64,000 nt of DNA from the human T2T-CHM13v2.0 reference genome, Homo sapiens (GCF_009914755.1 NC_060926.1); one strand, 5' to 3'; counted from the first letter of the stretch, positions 1 through 12,620 are shown. A program made the numbers and translations. Notes: generated by a model from the sequence alone, not told the origin.

Positions 1-833
1 CCAAGGTTTTAAGAGTCCCAAGGCATGAGATTTTGCGGATGTTTTTCACAATGCCCTCCACTTTTTCTCCTAGTCTTTTTCCTTTACCCTGTTCCAGTCC
101 ATCCACCCTTTACTCCAGGTTCAGTGTTCACTCATTTGCCCACATTTACCACTGCACCCTGCTCTTCGTTGAATATCTTACCCAATGCAAAACATGTTCT
201 GCAGCCAGTGATCATTGTTATTGAAGGAATACTTTTCTCTGGCATTGAGAACAAATGTCATCCTTTTTCTAAAGCGCTTCCTCTATCCTCTCCAATCTGA
301 TGTGTCTCCCTTTGCTGTGTTCACATACTGCTTATATCTTTGTTTAGATGTTTGTCAATGCCTGGTATGCCCATAATTATTTATGTGTATTTATCTACTC
401 ACTAAGTTGTTAGCTCCTTGAAAACACAAACTATGAAATCTAGCGGAACAAGCTTGGATTTTGGTGTCTGGCAAGTCTGAGTTCTCCAGGACTCATTTGC
501 TTCATGTTTTTATGGTTTGTCTCTTGCTTCACCTTCCTGGGTTTTATCACCTTTTATGTAAAACTGTGGCAGTTGTACTTTATTTGGTTTTAGTGAAAAT
601 TGGCAGAGACAATTTAATGCTCATAGCTAATGGGGTGACTGACACATAGCTGGTGCTAAATAAAGGCTACTTTTTGTCTTTATCCAATTGTTATATCCCT
701 TTATCAGCACCAATGTAGTGAGTGGTTAATGGAAAATGTAAATAATTTCCAATCTGTGTAATACTAGGGAATGCATGTAGTAATTACTTACATGCCAGGT
801 ACTATCTTAGTGCTTTAGAAGAGTTTACTTATC

Positions 834-1384
834 TGTCTTAGTCAGTGTTCTCTAGAGAAACAGAACTAATAAGATATATATATATATACACACACACACA
901 TATATAAGTGTGTACATATGTGTGTGTGTATATATATGCAATATAGTATATATACACACACATATATATGTGTGTATGTGTGTATATATGTATATGAAGT
1001 TTATTAAGGGGTATTAACTCACATGATCACAAGGTCTCACAGTAGACTGTCTGCAAGCTGAAGGGCAAGGAAGCCAGTCTGAGTCCCAAAGCTGAAGAAC
1101 CTGGATTTCGATGTTCAAAGGCAGGAAGCATCCAGCATAGGAGAAGCATGTATGCTGGGAGGCTAAGCCAGTCTAGTCTTGTCATGTTTTTCTGCCTGCT
1201 TTATATTCTGGCCACGCTGGCAGCTGATTAGGTGGTGTCCACCCAGATTAAGGTTGTGTCTGCCTTTCCCAGCCCACTGACTCAAATGTTAATCTCCTTT
1301 CACAACACCCTCACAGACACACCCAGGATCAATAGTTTGCATCCTTCAATCCAACCAAGTTGACACTCAGTATTAACCATTACA
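834..1384 (-). mobile_element. MLT2A (HERV-L) solo LTR with internal (TA)/(CA)/(TG) microsatellite
   Basis: Reverse complement starts TGTAATGGTTAATACTGAGTGTCAACTTGGTTGGATTGAAGGATGCAAAC, matching the recalled MLT2A1/2 consensus; TG...CA ends; 5-bp TSD ttatc (829-833) / gtatc (1385-1389). Confidence 0.9.
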
Positions 1385-1429
1385 GTATCTAATCCTATAA
1401 GGAAGATACAATTTTTATGTTAAAAAAAC

Positions 1430-1645
1430 TTCCATAGAACTTCCTATATACCAGACACAATTCTAATTACTTAACATTTATTAATCATTTTAACCACATA
1501 ACATTCCCATGTGGTTAGTACTGTCATTATTGTCCACTTTCAAAATAACAAAGACACTGAGAGGCTAAGTATCTTGCCCAAGGTTACACAGTTGGTAAGA
1601 TACGGGATGTAAACACAGCCAGTCTGTTTCCAGAGTCTGCATTCC
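1430..1645 (-). mobile_element. MIR SINE relic
   Basis: MIR core-like text 'actgagaggctaagtatcttgcccaaggttacacagttggtaag'. Confidence 0.7.
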
Positions 1646-2057
1646 ATAGAGTGTGGTATAATGTATTATAAAATAGCTTCTATGTAAATAACTTCCTCAT
1701 ATATTTAAGAGTTTTTATTACTTTTAGATAAATAATACTTCTCTAGAAATTGCCAGTCCATTTCTTTAAAAGTGAACATGTTATATACTTACCCCCAGAG
1801 CAAAGGGTATGGCTTATTCAAATTGAGCAATTGACTCAATTGAACAGATTTAAGCTATTGCAGCCTAGCTTTGATGGTAAATGGTGGGAGTCAATTAGAC
1901 ACAACTAGTATAAATCACTATGCAAGATTGATATGACACCTGCACAAAGATAGGGCAAAGGGAGTTACTTATTTTTGCACCTATTTTCAATACTGTATCA
2001 TATTGCTGTTTGCATTCATACCCTGTAGGATATTTCTTTCTAAAGATTCTTGCTTTT

Positions 2058-2378
2058 GGCCAGGCGTGGTGGCTCATGCCTGTAATCCCAGCACTTTGGG
2101 AGGCCAAGGCGGGTGGATCATGAGGTCAGGAGGCGGGTGGATCACGAGGTCAGGAGATTGAGACCATCCTGGCTAACATGGTGAAACCCCGTCTCTACTA
2201 AAAATACAAAAAATTAGCCAGGCGTGGGGGCAGGCACTTGCAGTCACAGCTACTTGGGAGGCTGAGGCAGGAGAATGGCATGAACCCTGGAGGCGAAGCT
2301 TGCAGTGAGCCGAGATCGCGCCACTGCACTACAGCCTGGGCGACAGACCGAGACTCCATCTCAAAAAAAAAAAAAAAA
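2058..2378 (+). mobile_element. AluY with a 24-bp internal tandem duplication
   Basis: Full dimer, AluY diagnostics (accatcctggctaac, gagaatggc, gcttgcagtgagccgagatcgcgcc), poly(A), 15-bp TSD aaagattcttgcttt (2042-2056 / 2376-2390). Confidence 0.97.
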
Positions 2379-3972
2379 GATTCTTGCTTTCACATACAGC
2401 TTTTTATATATCCCACAAAACCTACGAGAGTTGACTCTATGTGTGTGCATGTGCATGTGTATGTATTGGGAGGGGAATGATAAAATAAATTTTTCTAGTT
2501 CATAAAGAATACGTAGGCATGATAATAACAGAAGTGAGAGAACATTTTCCCGATGAAGTGCAATACTGGCAACATTGATGCTTACCTTGCAAATGAATTG
2601 AGATTGGGCCCAGACCCAAGTCACCATGATTTCACGAACCACCAGAGAATGTTCATACAATATTGAGTACCTTCCAATATCTGAAGGACAAAAGTGAGCA
2701 CATATTAAAAATCTGAAGAATTGAATTTTTAGGCAAGGCCTCAGTAGAATCAGATAAATTTCTCATTATCATCTCTCTCTTCCGTTTCTTCCCCTGAGGC
2801 AAGAGTGTGAGGCCCTAACATAAACCTAACGTTGTCATCATCTTAAAGGATATACTGTTTTTCCACTTATGCCATATTTCATACACTTTTTAGCTATGAG
2901 AAAAGATGGTGCACTTTCCAAAGAAATGTTATTTGGAGGGTATCAATGTCCATCAGAGAAGGTGTTCAGTTCAGGTAAGATGAGGAGAATTAGAAGAGCT
3001 TTTCTTTAAGCTAACAATGTTTCCTTTTGAGTTAGGGCAGATATTAATCATGTTTGATCTCTTACAAATAAAAAGGAAATAATCCCAAATGGCATGGCAT
3101 GTAGCTTTCTATCCTGGGGTTTCTGCCCTCAGTTTTGGTATTTATGTATTTGAAAGAGATACCAGCATGGTTGATATTAGTTATGACAGTTCACATTTCT
3201 CCTCTAAACCAAATTCTAGTGAAAAAAAAAAAACAGCTGTCTGATAATGAATCTTCCTTTCATTCCTCCTACCCAAGTCTAATTATCATTAAGTGACAAG
3301 CTTTAGGTACATTCCTGTCTGAAGAACTCTCTCTCTCTCTTTTTTTTCCATTTTGGACATTGGCCTTTCTCTCTCTGTAAGCTGTGCCTTTGACAAAACT
3401 GTGGGGCAGACAGGAAGTGGGAAGCCAGACCAAACTAGCCCAGGCTACCTGTGAAATTGGCATAGTGCCACTTACACTGTATTATAGAGTTCAGTCACAT
3501 TCCAAGAGTGCAGAATATGTTGCTACTTTAGCAAAATAGTTTTTTTAAATTTATTTAACTGATGATTGACCTTGAATACAATAGCCTAACTGTTCCTTGG
3601 AGAAAAATCCCAAATATCCAGAAAACAAATTCTTATTTATCTCCTTGGGGAGCCAAAGAGGAAAATAGCTCAAATTATTTTATAGTAAATCTGTAGCCTA
3701 TAAAAGAAGCCCATTATTTTTGAAAATAATTTAATCTGCTGAGATGCCACTATCTTGCCATGCCTACACGTTATAGGAGTGAACATGGTGATCTTAGGAG
3801 CTAGAATTGTAGATCTTCCAGCTCAGTGTCTCCCAAATGCCTATTTTTACTGCACCACTTTTTCAGTGGTAGTGGTTGAGGTTCATTTTCTCTCCCTCTT
3901 AATTCCTTCCTGGCAGAGGTGGAGAATTCACCTATTATTCCATAATAAGGTTTGGGTTAGGAAGAAACTATC

Positions 3973-4352
3973 TGTATTATTTTGTTCTCACGCTGCTATA
4001 AAGAACTACCTCACACTGGGTAATTAATGAAGAAAAGAGGTTTAATTGACTCACAGTTCCACAGGCTTAACAGAAAACATGGTTGGAGAGGCCTCAGGAA
4101 ACTTACAACCATGGTGGAAGGCGAAGGGAAAGCAAGCACCTTCTCCTCATGGTGGCAGGAGAGAGAGTGAGGTGAGGAACTGCTACACTTTTAAACCATC
4201 AGTTCTCATGAGAATTCACTCACTATCATGAGAATAGCGTGGGGGAAATCCACCTCCATGTCCAAGCACCTCCCACCAGGCCCCTCTACTAACACATGGG
4301 GATTACAATTTGACATGAAATTTGAGTGGGAACACAGAGCCAGACCATATCA
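3973..4352 (-). mobile_element. THE1D/MSTA-type MaLR solo LTR
   Basis: Reverse complement starts TGATATGGTCTGGCTCTGTGTTCCCACTCAAATTTCATG; typical body 'gaaaagaggtttaattgactcacagttcc...ggcctcaggaaacttacaa'; TSD ctatc / ccatc. Confidence 0.92.
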
Positions 4353-4929
4353 CCATCCATTTCCCTCTCTGTCCCTCTTCACTTTGCAAACGAAAAGCCC
4401 AAGACAACATATCTTTCTAGGGGCAATAGCAAGTAGAATAAAACTAGTGCTTGAACCCATTTAATATGGATTCTGGCTCCAAATTCGGTGCTTATTCCAG
4501 CACAACAAAAATGGTATGTATTCATTGATGGGAAAGAAAAAGAAGCTCCACCATCACACCCCCATCCTTTTTCTCCATGCATGGACCTGTCTATATTCCC
4601 ATCATGGCAGGAGATAGTATGCATGGGAAATGAAAACATGTCAAGTGCCTTCAAGGGGGATGAAGAATCTCAGAGATGATGAAGAGGACTGAATTCTCCA
4701 TGTAGGATTTTATACAAAAGAGAGTGGGAGGCTAAAACCACAGAGAAAGCAAAGGAGTTTGTTCAGGGTCTAAATTTGCTAAAAAGAGAGAGAAGCTCCA
4801 TACAGGTAGATCAACAGATTTGTTGACTTTGTCAATGTTTCCCACATGAAGAATGGCAAGGAAAATGGAGGGGCTGGATAAAGGACTTAAACTGTGAAGA
4901 AACTAGCATCAGGTCAGTACATAATATCT

Positions 4930-5660
4930 GCCTGGACTTGGGGCCAGAGTACAAATGGAGGACCATATGCCTTATGAGTAAATATTCAAAGGATCTAAAT
5001 CCAATTGCCAATCTGTTAAATAAATATATCTCATTCTCAAACCTTGATATATGTTCATTTATAACAACAAATTAGAAAAATTTAAAGCTAAATTTTTATA
5101 ACATTGAAATTTGGCAAAATATAAAAGAATCATTCATTCAATTATATTGCACATATCTGAGTATTCTATTGATGGACCAGTGCTGTTGGATAAGTAATAA
5201 CCTTAAGACAAATAATTCATAAATTATCACATATTTTTCATAAAATATATATCATCTGTATTTAAGCAAAATCACTGATAATCACTATAATCAAGAGTTT
5301 TGCATAATTTATACACTACCAATAATAACGCCAAATTTGACAACATTTCATGACTTATTGTAATTATTTGGAAGTACTTTATTAATTTTAGTTTTAGAAA
5401 TTTCAGTCTACTGTGGCAGTAGCAACTTAAATTTTTAGGGTTCTTAAATACACTTATATTTAGAAATTAAATTAAAATTTTTGTATATCATGTTTAAATA
5501 CTTACATGGTTGCTTATGATAAATTATCATTATCAAAAGTTGTAGAGTATTTTATCTTTTTCATGCAAGTTGATAATATTGATATTTCAATTTTACCACT
5601 TCTTAACTAGTATCTAGATTTATACATTAATAGTAGGAATTGGTATTATACTTCATGATT
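4930..5660 (-). mobile_element. Ancient hAT DNA transposon remnant with the transposase C-terminal dimerisation region (Tip100/Zaphod-like)
   Basis: Minus strand ~5427 to 5280 translates VATATVD*/FLKLKLIKYFQIITISHEMLSNLALLLVVYKLCKTLDYSD, resembling the hAT motif VxxAxAERSFSKLKLIKxxLRSTMSQERLSNLALL; outer boundaries uncertain. Confidence 0.7.
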
Positions 5661-5670
5661 GTTACTTGTA

Positions 5671-5672
<2 letters not shown>

Positions 5673-5712
<40 letters not shown>
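5673..5712. repeat. (CA)n microsatellite
   Basis: About 20 uninterrupted CA units. Confidence 0.98.
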
Positions 5713-5714
<2 letters not shown>

Positions 5715-5989
5715 TTTAAGAAAATCGTGGCTCTCCCAGATGCCCTGTAAGGCAGGTAGGTGGATATATACATTGCTATATGCATGGGTATGCGTGCTCC
5801 CCTTGTAGTCACCATGAGAGGGAAGGTCAAGCCAGGTTACTACCAAGAAACATGATTTTGTTCTGGGGGATCCAGTTTCTGACACTGAAAAATACCAGAA
5901 TACTCTCCAGCTAGAACAAGAAATGAGAAACCAAGATAGATTCATCTCTACACTGAAATTACAGAGTGCTGGGAAAACTGGTGAGAATC

Positions 5990-8900
5990 ACTGCTAACCT
6001 GCGGCTGCCAGTGCCCCACCCCAGCAAAATACATGCATCCCATTATGCTACTGCAGCTTCTGGCATGCATCAGCAAGTAAGAATCTTGCAGCTACAGCCA
6101 TGACAAAGCACTTTGGATGACACCACCCATTGGAGTGTTGTGGCAAGTGGACCAGGAACTGGACCAGGCCACTCCAGTGCAGCAGGTTCCTAACCTCAAG
6201 GGGACAGAGAATAAAGCAAGGGGACTGATACCAGGCCCTCAGAGTTAGAGCATGCAGCCTAGAAGTGCTGATCTGAGTCTTGGTCCCCAAAAATCTTCCA
6301 GAAATGAAGCCAGTTGACTGAACCCCTCATGTACCATAATGAAACCCCAAAGGGTATCAAAGAAGATAAAAAAAAAATAAAGATAAAAACCATCCAAAGG
6401 ATGGCAACATCAAAGATGGAAAGAACATCAGCCTACACAGATGAGAAAGAACCAGTGCAAGAACTCTGGCAACCCAAAAAGCCAGAATGTCTTCTTGCTC
6501 CCAAACAACTGCACTAGTTTCACATAAATGGTTCTTAACCAGGAAGAAATAGCTGAAATGTCAGACATAGAATTCAGAATATAGATAGGAATAAAGATAA
6601 TTGAAATTATGGAGAAAGTCAAAACCAACCCAAGGAATCTAAGGAATACAGTAAAACAAATACAAGAGCTGAAAGACAAAATGACCATTTTAAGAAAGAA
6701 ATGGATGTGATGGAGCTAAAAGGAATACTTCAAGAATTTCATGATACAATCACAAATATTAACAGCAGAATTGACCAAGCTGAGGAAAGAATCTCAGATC
6801 TCAAAGACTGTTTCTCTGAATTAAATTGCTTAGACAAAAATAAAGAAAAGATAATTAAAAAGAGTAAACAAAACCTCCAAGAAATATAGGATTATGTAAA
6901 GAGACCATGTGTATGACTCAATGATGTACCTGAAAGAGAAGGAGAAAAAGGAAGCAAACAATTTGGAAAACATATTTAAGGATATTATTCATGGAAATTT
7001 CAACAATCTTACTAGAGAGCCAACATTCAAATTGAGGAAATGCAGAGAACCCCTGAGAGATACTAAACAATCATTCCCCAAGACACATAGTTATCAGATT
7101 CTCCAAGTTAGAAATGAAAAAAAATGCTAAAGGCAGCTAAAGAGAAGCAGCAGGATACCTACAAAGGTAACCCCATCAGGCTAATGGCAGACATTTCAGT
7201 AGAAACCCTGCAAGCCAGAAGAAATTGGGGGCCTATATTCAGCATACTTAAAGAAAAGAAATTCCAACCAAGAATTTCATATCCAGCCAAACTAAATTTC
7301 ATAAGTGAATGAGAAACAAGATCCTTTTCAGATAAGCAATTAATAATCTTTTCATTTGTCCTCACCTGACCTGTCTTACAAGAGGTACTTAAGAGGGTGG
7401 TAAATATGGAAAAGAAAGACTGTTACCAGCCACCACAAAAGTACACTTAATTATATATACCATCGACACTATGAAGCAACTACACAACCAAGTCAGAATA
7501 ATAACCAGCTAACAACATGATGACAAATCTGCAAGTATCAATATTAACCTTGAATGTAAATAGGCAAAATGCCTTGATTAAAAGGCAGAGGGTTGCAAGT
7601 GGATAAAGAAGCAAGACCCAACCGAATGTTATCTTCAACAAACCCATCTCACATGCAATGACATCCATAGTCTCAAAGCAAAGGAATGGAAAAAAATCTA
7701 CCAAACACATGGAGAAAAGAAAAAAGCAGGGGTTGCTATTCTAATTTCAGACAAAACAAACTTTAAACCAATAATGATCAAAAAAGACAAAGAGGGACAT
7801 TAAATAATGCTAAAAGGTTTGATTCAGCAAGAAGACCTAACTATCCTAAATATATATGCACCCAACACAGGAGCAGCCAGATGTATAAAACAAGTTCTTA
7901 AAGACCTATGAAGAGACTCATATAACCACATAATAATATTGAAAGACTTCAACATTCCATCGGGAGCATTAGACAGATCATTAAGGCAGAAAACTAACAA
8001 AGATATCTGGGAACAGAACTCACACTTGACCAAATGGACTTAGCAGATATCCATATAACTCTCCACCCCAAAATAACACAACATACAATCTTCTCATCTG
8101 CACTTAGCACATACTGTAAAATTGGCCGCACAATGGGCCATAAAACAATTCTCAGCAAATTGAAAAAAAAAACACAAAATGACACCAACCACATTCTTGG
8201 ACCACAGCACAATAAAAATAGATATTAATACTAAGAAGATCACACAAAGTCATAAAATTATATGGAAAGTAAATAATCTGTTCCTAAATGACTTTGGGGT
8301 AAATAATGAAATTAAGGCAGAAATCAAGAAATTCTATGAAACTAATGAGAACACATATACAACATACTGGAATCTTCGGTACGCACTAAAGCAATGTTAA
8401 GAGGAAAGTTTATGGCAATAAACACCCACATCGAAAAGTTGGAAAACTATCAAATTAACAACTTAACATCGCAGCTAGAGAAACTAGAAAAACAAGAGCA
8501 AACCAACCCCAAAGCTAGCAGAAGACAAGAAATTACCAAAATCAGGGCTGAACTGAATAAAATTGAGATGCAAAAAAGTACAAAACACCAACAAATTCAG
8601 CAACTGGTTATTTGAAAGAATAAGTAAGATTGATAGACCTCTAGTTAAACCAATAAAGGGGACATTACCACTGACCTCACAGAAATACAAAAAGAAGCCT
8701 TCAGGGATACTATGAACACCTCTGTGAATACCAACTAGAAAGCCTAGAAGAAGCGGATAAATTTCTGGAAACATACACCCTCCCAAGAGAAAACCAGGAA
8801 AAAAATAAATCCCTGAACAGACCAATAATGAATTCTGAAATTGAATCAGAATTAAAAGGCCTTCCAACCAGAAAAGCCCAGGACTAGATGGATTCACACT

Positions 8901-11457
8901 CAAGTTCTACCAGATGTATAAAGAAAAGCTGGTACTGTTTCTACTGAAAGTATTCCAAAAACAATTGAGGAGGAGGGACTCCTCCCCAACTCATTCTATG
9001 AGGCCAGCATCATCCTAATACCAAAACCTGGCAGAGACACAACAAAAAAAGAAAACTTCAGGCCAATATCCTTGAAGAGTCAAGGATTCTGAATGAAGGA
9101 TATTGATTGAAGATTCTTCATCGATGCAGAACTCCTCAACAAAATGCTAGCAAACCAAATCCAGCAGCACGTCAAAAAGCTAATCCACCACAATCAAGTA
9201 GGCTTTATTCCTGGGATGCCAGGTTTGTTCAACATATACAAATCAATAAATATGATTCATCACATAAGCAGAATTAAAAAAAAAACCAACATGATCATCT
9301 CAATAGAAGCAGAAAAAAAAGCTTTTGATAAAATTTAACATCCCTTCATGTAAAAAACACTCAAAACTAGGCCTCGGAGGAACATATCTCAAAATAATAA
9401 GAGCCATCTATGACAAAAACACAGCCAACATCATACTGAATGGGTAAAAGCTGGAAGCATTCTCCTTCAAAACCAAAACAAGATAAAAATGCCCATTCTT
9501 ACCACTCCTATTCAACATAGTACTGGAAGTCCTAACCGGAGCAATCAGGCAAGAGTAAGAAATACAGGACATCCAAATAGGAAAAGGGGAAGTCAAACTA
9601 TTTCTGTTTGTAGATTATATGATTCTATACCTAGAAAATCCCTTAATCTCTGCCCAATAGATGCTAAATCTGATAAACAACTTCAGAAGAGTTTCAGGAT
9701 ACAAAATTAATGTACAAAAATCAGTAGCATTCTTCTACACCAACAACATCCAAGCTGAGAACAAAATCAAGAACACAATCCCATTCACAATAGCTACAAA
9801 GGGAATAAAATACTTAGGAATACAGCCAACCAGGGAGGTGAAAGACGTCTGCAATGAGAACAACAAAACACTGCTCAAGATATCAGGGATAACACAAACA
9901 AATGGAAAAACATTTCATGCTCATGGATTGGAAGAATCAATATTGTTAAAATACCTATATTGCCCAAAGCAATTTACAGATTCAATGATATTCTTATCAA
10001 ACTACCAATGACATTCTTCACAGAATTAGAAAAAACTATTTTAAAATTCATATGAAACAAAAAAAGAGCCTGAATATGCAAAGCAATATTAGGCAAAAAG
10101 AAAATAGCTAGAGACATCACATTACCTGACTCCAAACTGTACTACAAGACTATAGTAACCAAAAAGCATGCTACTGGTACAAAAACAGACACACATTCCA
10201 ATGGAACTGAATAGAGAACCCAGAAATAAAGCCACCCACATACAACCATCTGAACTTCGACAAAGTTGACAAAAACAAGAAATGAGGGAAAGACTCCTCA
10301 TTCACTAAATGGTGCGGTGATAACTGGCTAGCCATATGCAGAAGATTGAAACTGGACTTCCTTACACAATATGAAAAAATTAGCTCTAGACGAATTAAAG
10401 ACTTAAATGTAAAACTGAAAACTATAAAAACTCTGGAAAATAATCTTGGAAATAGCATTGTGAACATAGGCCCTTACAAAGATTTCATAACAAAGATGCC
10501 AAAAGCAATTGTAAGAAAACAAAAATTGATAAATTGTACATAATTAAAGAGCTTCTGCACAGCAAAAGAAACTATCAATAGAATAAGCAGACAACCTACA
10601 GAATAGGAGAAAATATTTGCAAGCTATGCATTTGACAAAGGTCTAATATCCAGAATCTATATGGAACTTAAATTTACAAGAAAAAATCAAACAACCCCAT
10701 TAAAAAGTGGGCAAAAGACATGAACAGATGATTTTCAAAAGAAGACAAGTATGCAGCCAAAAATCATATAAAAAATGCTCAACATCACTATTAGAGAAAT
10801 GCAAATGAAAACCACAATAAGATACTGTCTCACACCAGCCAGAATGGCTATTATTAAAAAGTCAAAAAGCAATAGATGCTGGTGATGTTGTGGAGAAAAG
10901 GGAATACTTATACACTGCTGGCGGGAATGTAAATTAGCTGAGCCATTATGGAACTATGTTTGGTAATTTCTTAGGGAGCTTAGAACTACCATTTGACCCA
11001 GCAATCCCACATTGGGTATATGTCCAAAGGAAAAGAAATCATTTTACCATAAAGACACATGCACACATATGTTTATTGCAGCATTATTCACAATAGCAGA
11101 GACATGGAATCAGCCTAAATGCCCATCAGTAGTAGACTGGATAAAGAAAATGTGGTACATATACACCATGGAATACTATGCAGCCATATAAAAAAATGAG
11201 ATCATGTACTTTTTAGCAATATGGATGCAGCTGGAGGCCATTATCCTAAGCAAGCTAATGCAGGAACATAAAACCAAATATCACATGTTCTCACTTACAA
11301 TTGGGAGCTAAACACTAAGTACACATGGACACAAAGAAGGGAACAACAGACACCAGGGCCTACTTGAGGGTGGAGGGTGGGAGGAGGTAAGGATAGAAAA
11401 GCTACCTATTGGGTACTATGCTTATTATCTGGGTAATGAAATAACCTGTATACCCAC
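5990..11457 (+). mobile_element. Near full-length inactivated LINE-1 (older primate, L1PA15/16-L1PREC2-like): partial 5'UTR, ORF1 ~6441-7450, ORF2 ~7517-11311, clipped 3'UTR
   Basis: ORF fragments translate as ORF1p (INSRIDQAEERISDL, YKGNPIRLMADISVETLQARRNWGPIF) and ORF2p ([26 protein letters not shown]); many stops and frameshifts; 3'UTR 'cctacttgagggtggagggtgggagg'; 5' boundary approximate. Confidence 0.95.
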
Positions 11458-11988
11458 AAAAATCAGAATTCAAATGCAGCTGCCATTTGGTTCAAAGATG
11501 GAGGAAATAGATATGGAAAAGCATCCCCCCCGGGGCTTGAACGGTGTTATTTACAACAGTGGAAGTTTAGTGTCATGCTGGCAGGGCCAATAATGGATAT
11601 TAGATCCTGAGTGATGGAATGCCCATGAGGTCTTGAGCATAGTGCATATGTGTGTATTTGTGATATCTGGGCCCTCTAAAGCATGAACCCCCTTTCCAGC
11701 ATCTAAGCTTTCTGGCTGGGAAGATTTTTCCCTCCTCACAACTCATTATTCAGTTGTCACCACAGCCTATCTTTCATTCTCTAAACACTTCTAGTTTCCA
11801 TTAGCTCTCTTCCTCTCTGCAATGTGGTCTTCCTTCTCTCCATCCATCTTTCTTTTCCTCTTTTTTTTTACTTTCTTTCTCCTTCTACATTTCATTGCTT
11901 CCTTTTTCTTCCATTGCAATTTCTTTTTTAAAACAAGGTTTTTCAAGAAATACATAGCATGCTGTCTCTTAGAATGTGTGTGTGTTAG

Positions 11989-12620
11989 CTTTTACACTGT
12001 TTGTGGGACTGTAAACTAGTTCAACTATTGTGGAAGACAGTGTGGCAATTCCTCAAGTATATAGAACTAGAAATACCATTTGACCCAGCCATCCCATTAC
12101 TGGGTACATACCCAAAGGATTATAAATCATGCTGCTATAAAGACACATGCACAGGTATGTTTATTGCTTCACTATTCACAATAGCAAAGACTTGGAACCA
12201 ACCCAAATGTCCATCAGTGATAGACTGGATTAAGAAAATGTGGCACATATACACCATGGAATACTATGCAGCCATAAAAAAGGATGAGTTCATGTCCTTT
12301 GTAGGGACATGGATGAAGCTGGAAACCATCATTCTCAGCAAACTATCGCAAGGACAAAAAACCAAACACTGCATGTTCTCACTCATAGGTAAGAATTGAA
12401 CAATGAGAACACTTGGACACAGGAAGGGGAACATCACACACCACGGCCTGTCGTGGGGTGGGGGGACGGGGGAGGGATAGCATTAGGAGATATAACTAAT
12501 GTAAATGACGAGTTAATGGGTGCAGCACACCAACATGGCACATGTATACATATGTAACAAACCTGCACGTTGTGCACATGTACGCTAGAACTTAGAGTAT
12601 AATTTAAAAAAATAAAAAAA
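11989..12620 (+). mobile_element. 5'-truncated L1PA (about L1PA4) insertion
   Basis: ORF 12001-12399 is the ORF2p C-terminus (EIPFDPAIPLLG..WNQPKCP..MWHIYTMEYYAAIKKDEF); 3'UTR plus A-tail; perfect 18-bp TSD agaatgtgtgtgtgttag (11971-11988 / 12621-12638). Confidence 0.96.

Noticed and set aside
2578-2640. U1 snRNA-like words (atgcttaccttgca ... accatgatttcacgaa)
   Set aside because: Spacing does not fit U1 and similarity does not continue; better explained as the complement of a splice donor
6314-10543. Many 60-140 aa ORFs resembling ORF1p/ORF2p
   Set aside because: Fragments of one dead L1, broken by stops and frameshifts; not host genes
12001-12399. 132-aa ORF with realistic protein composition
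   Set aside because: C-terminus of L1 ORF2p in a 5'-truncated insertion, with no ATG start or promoter
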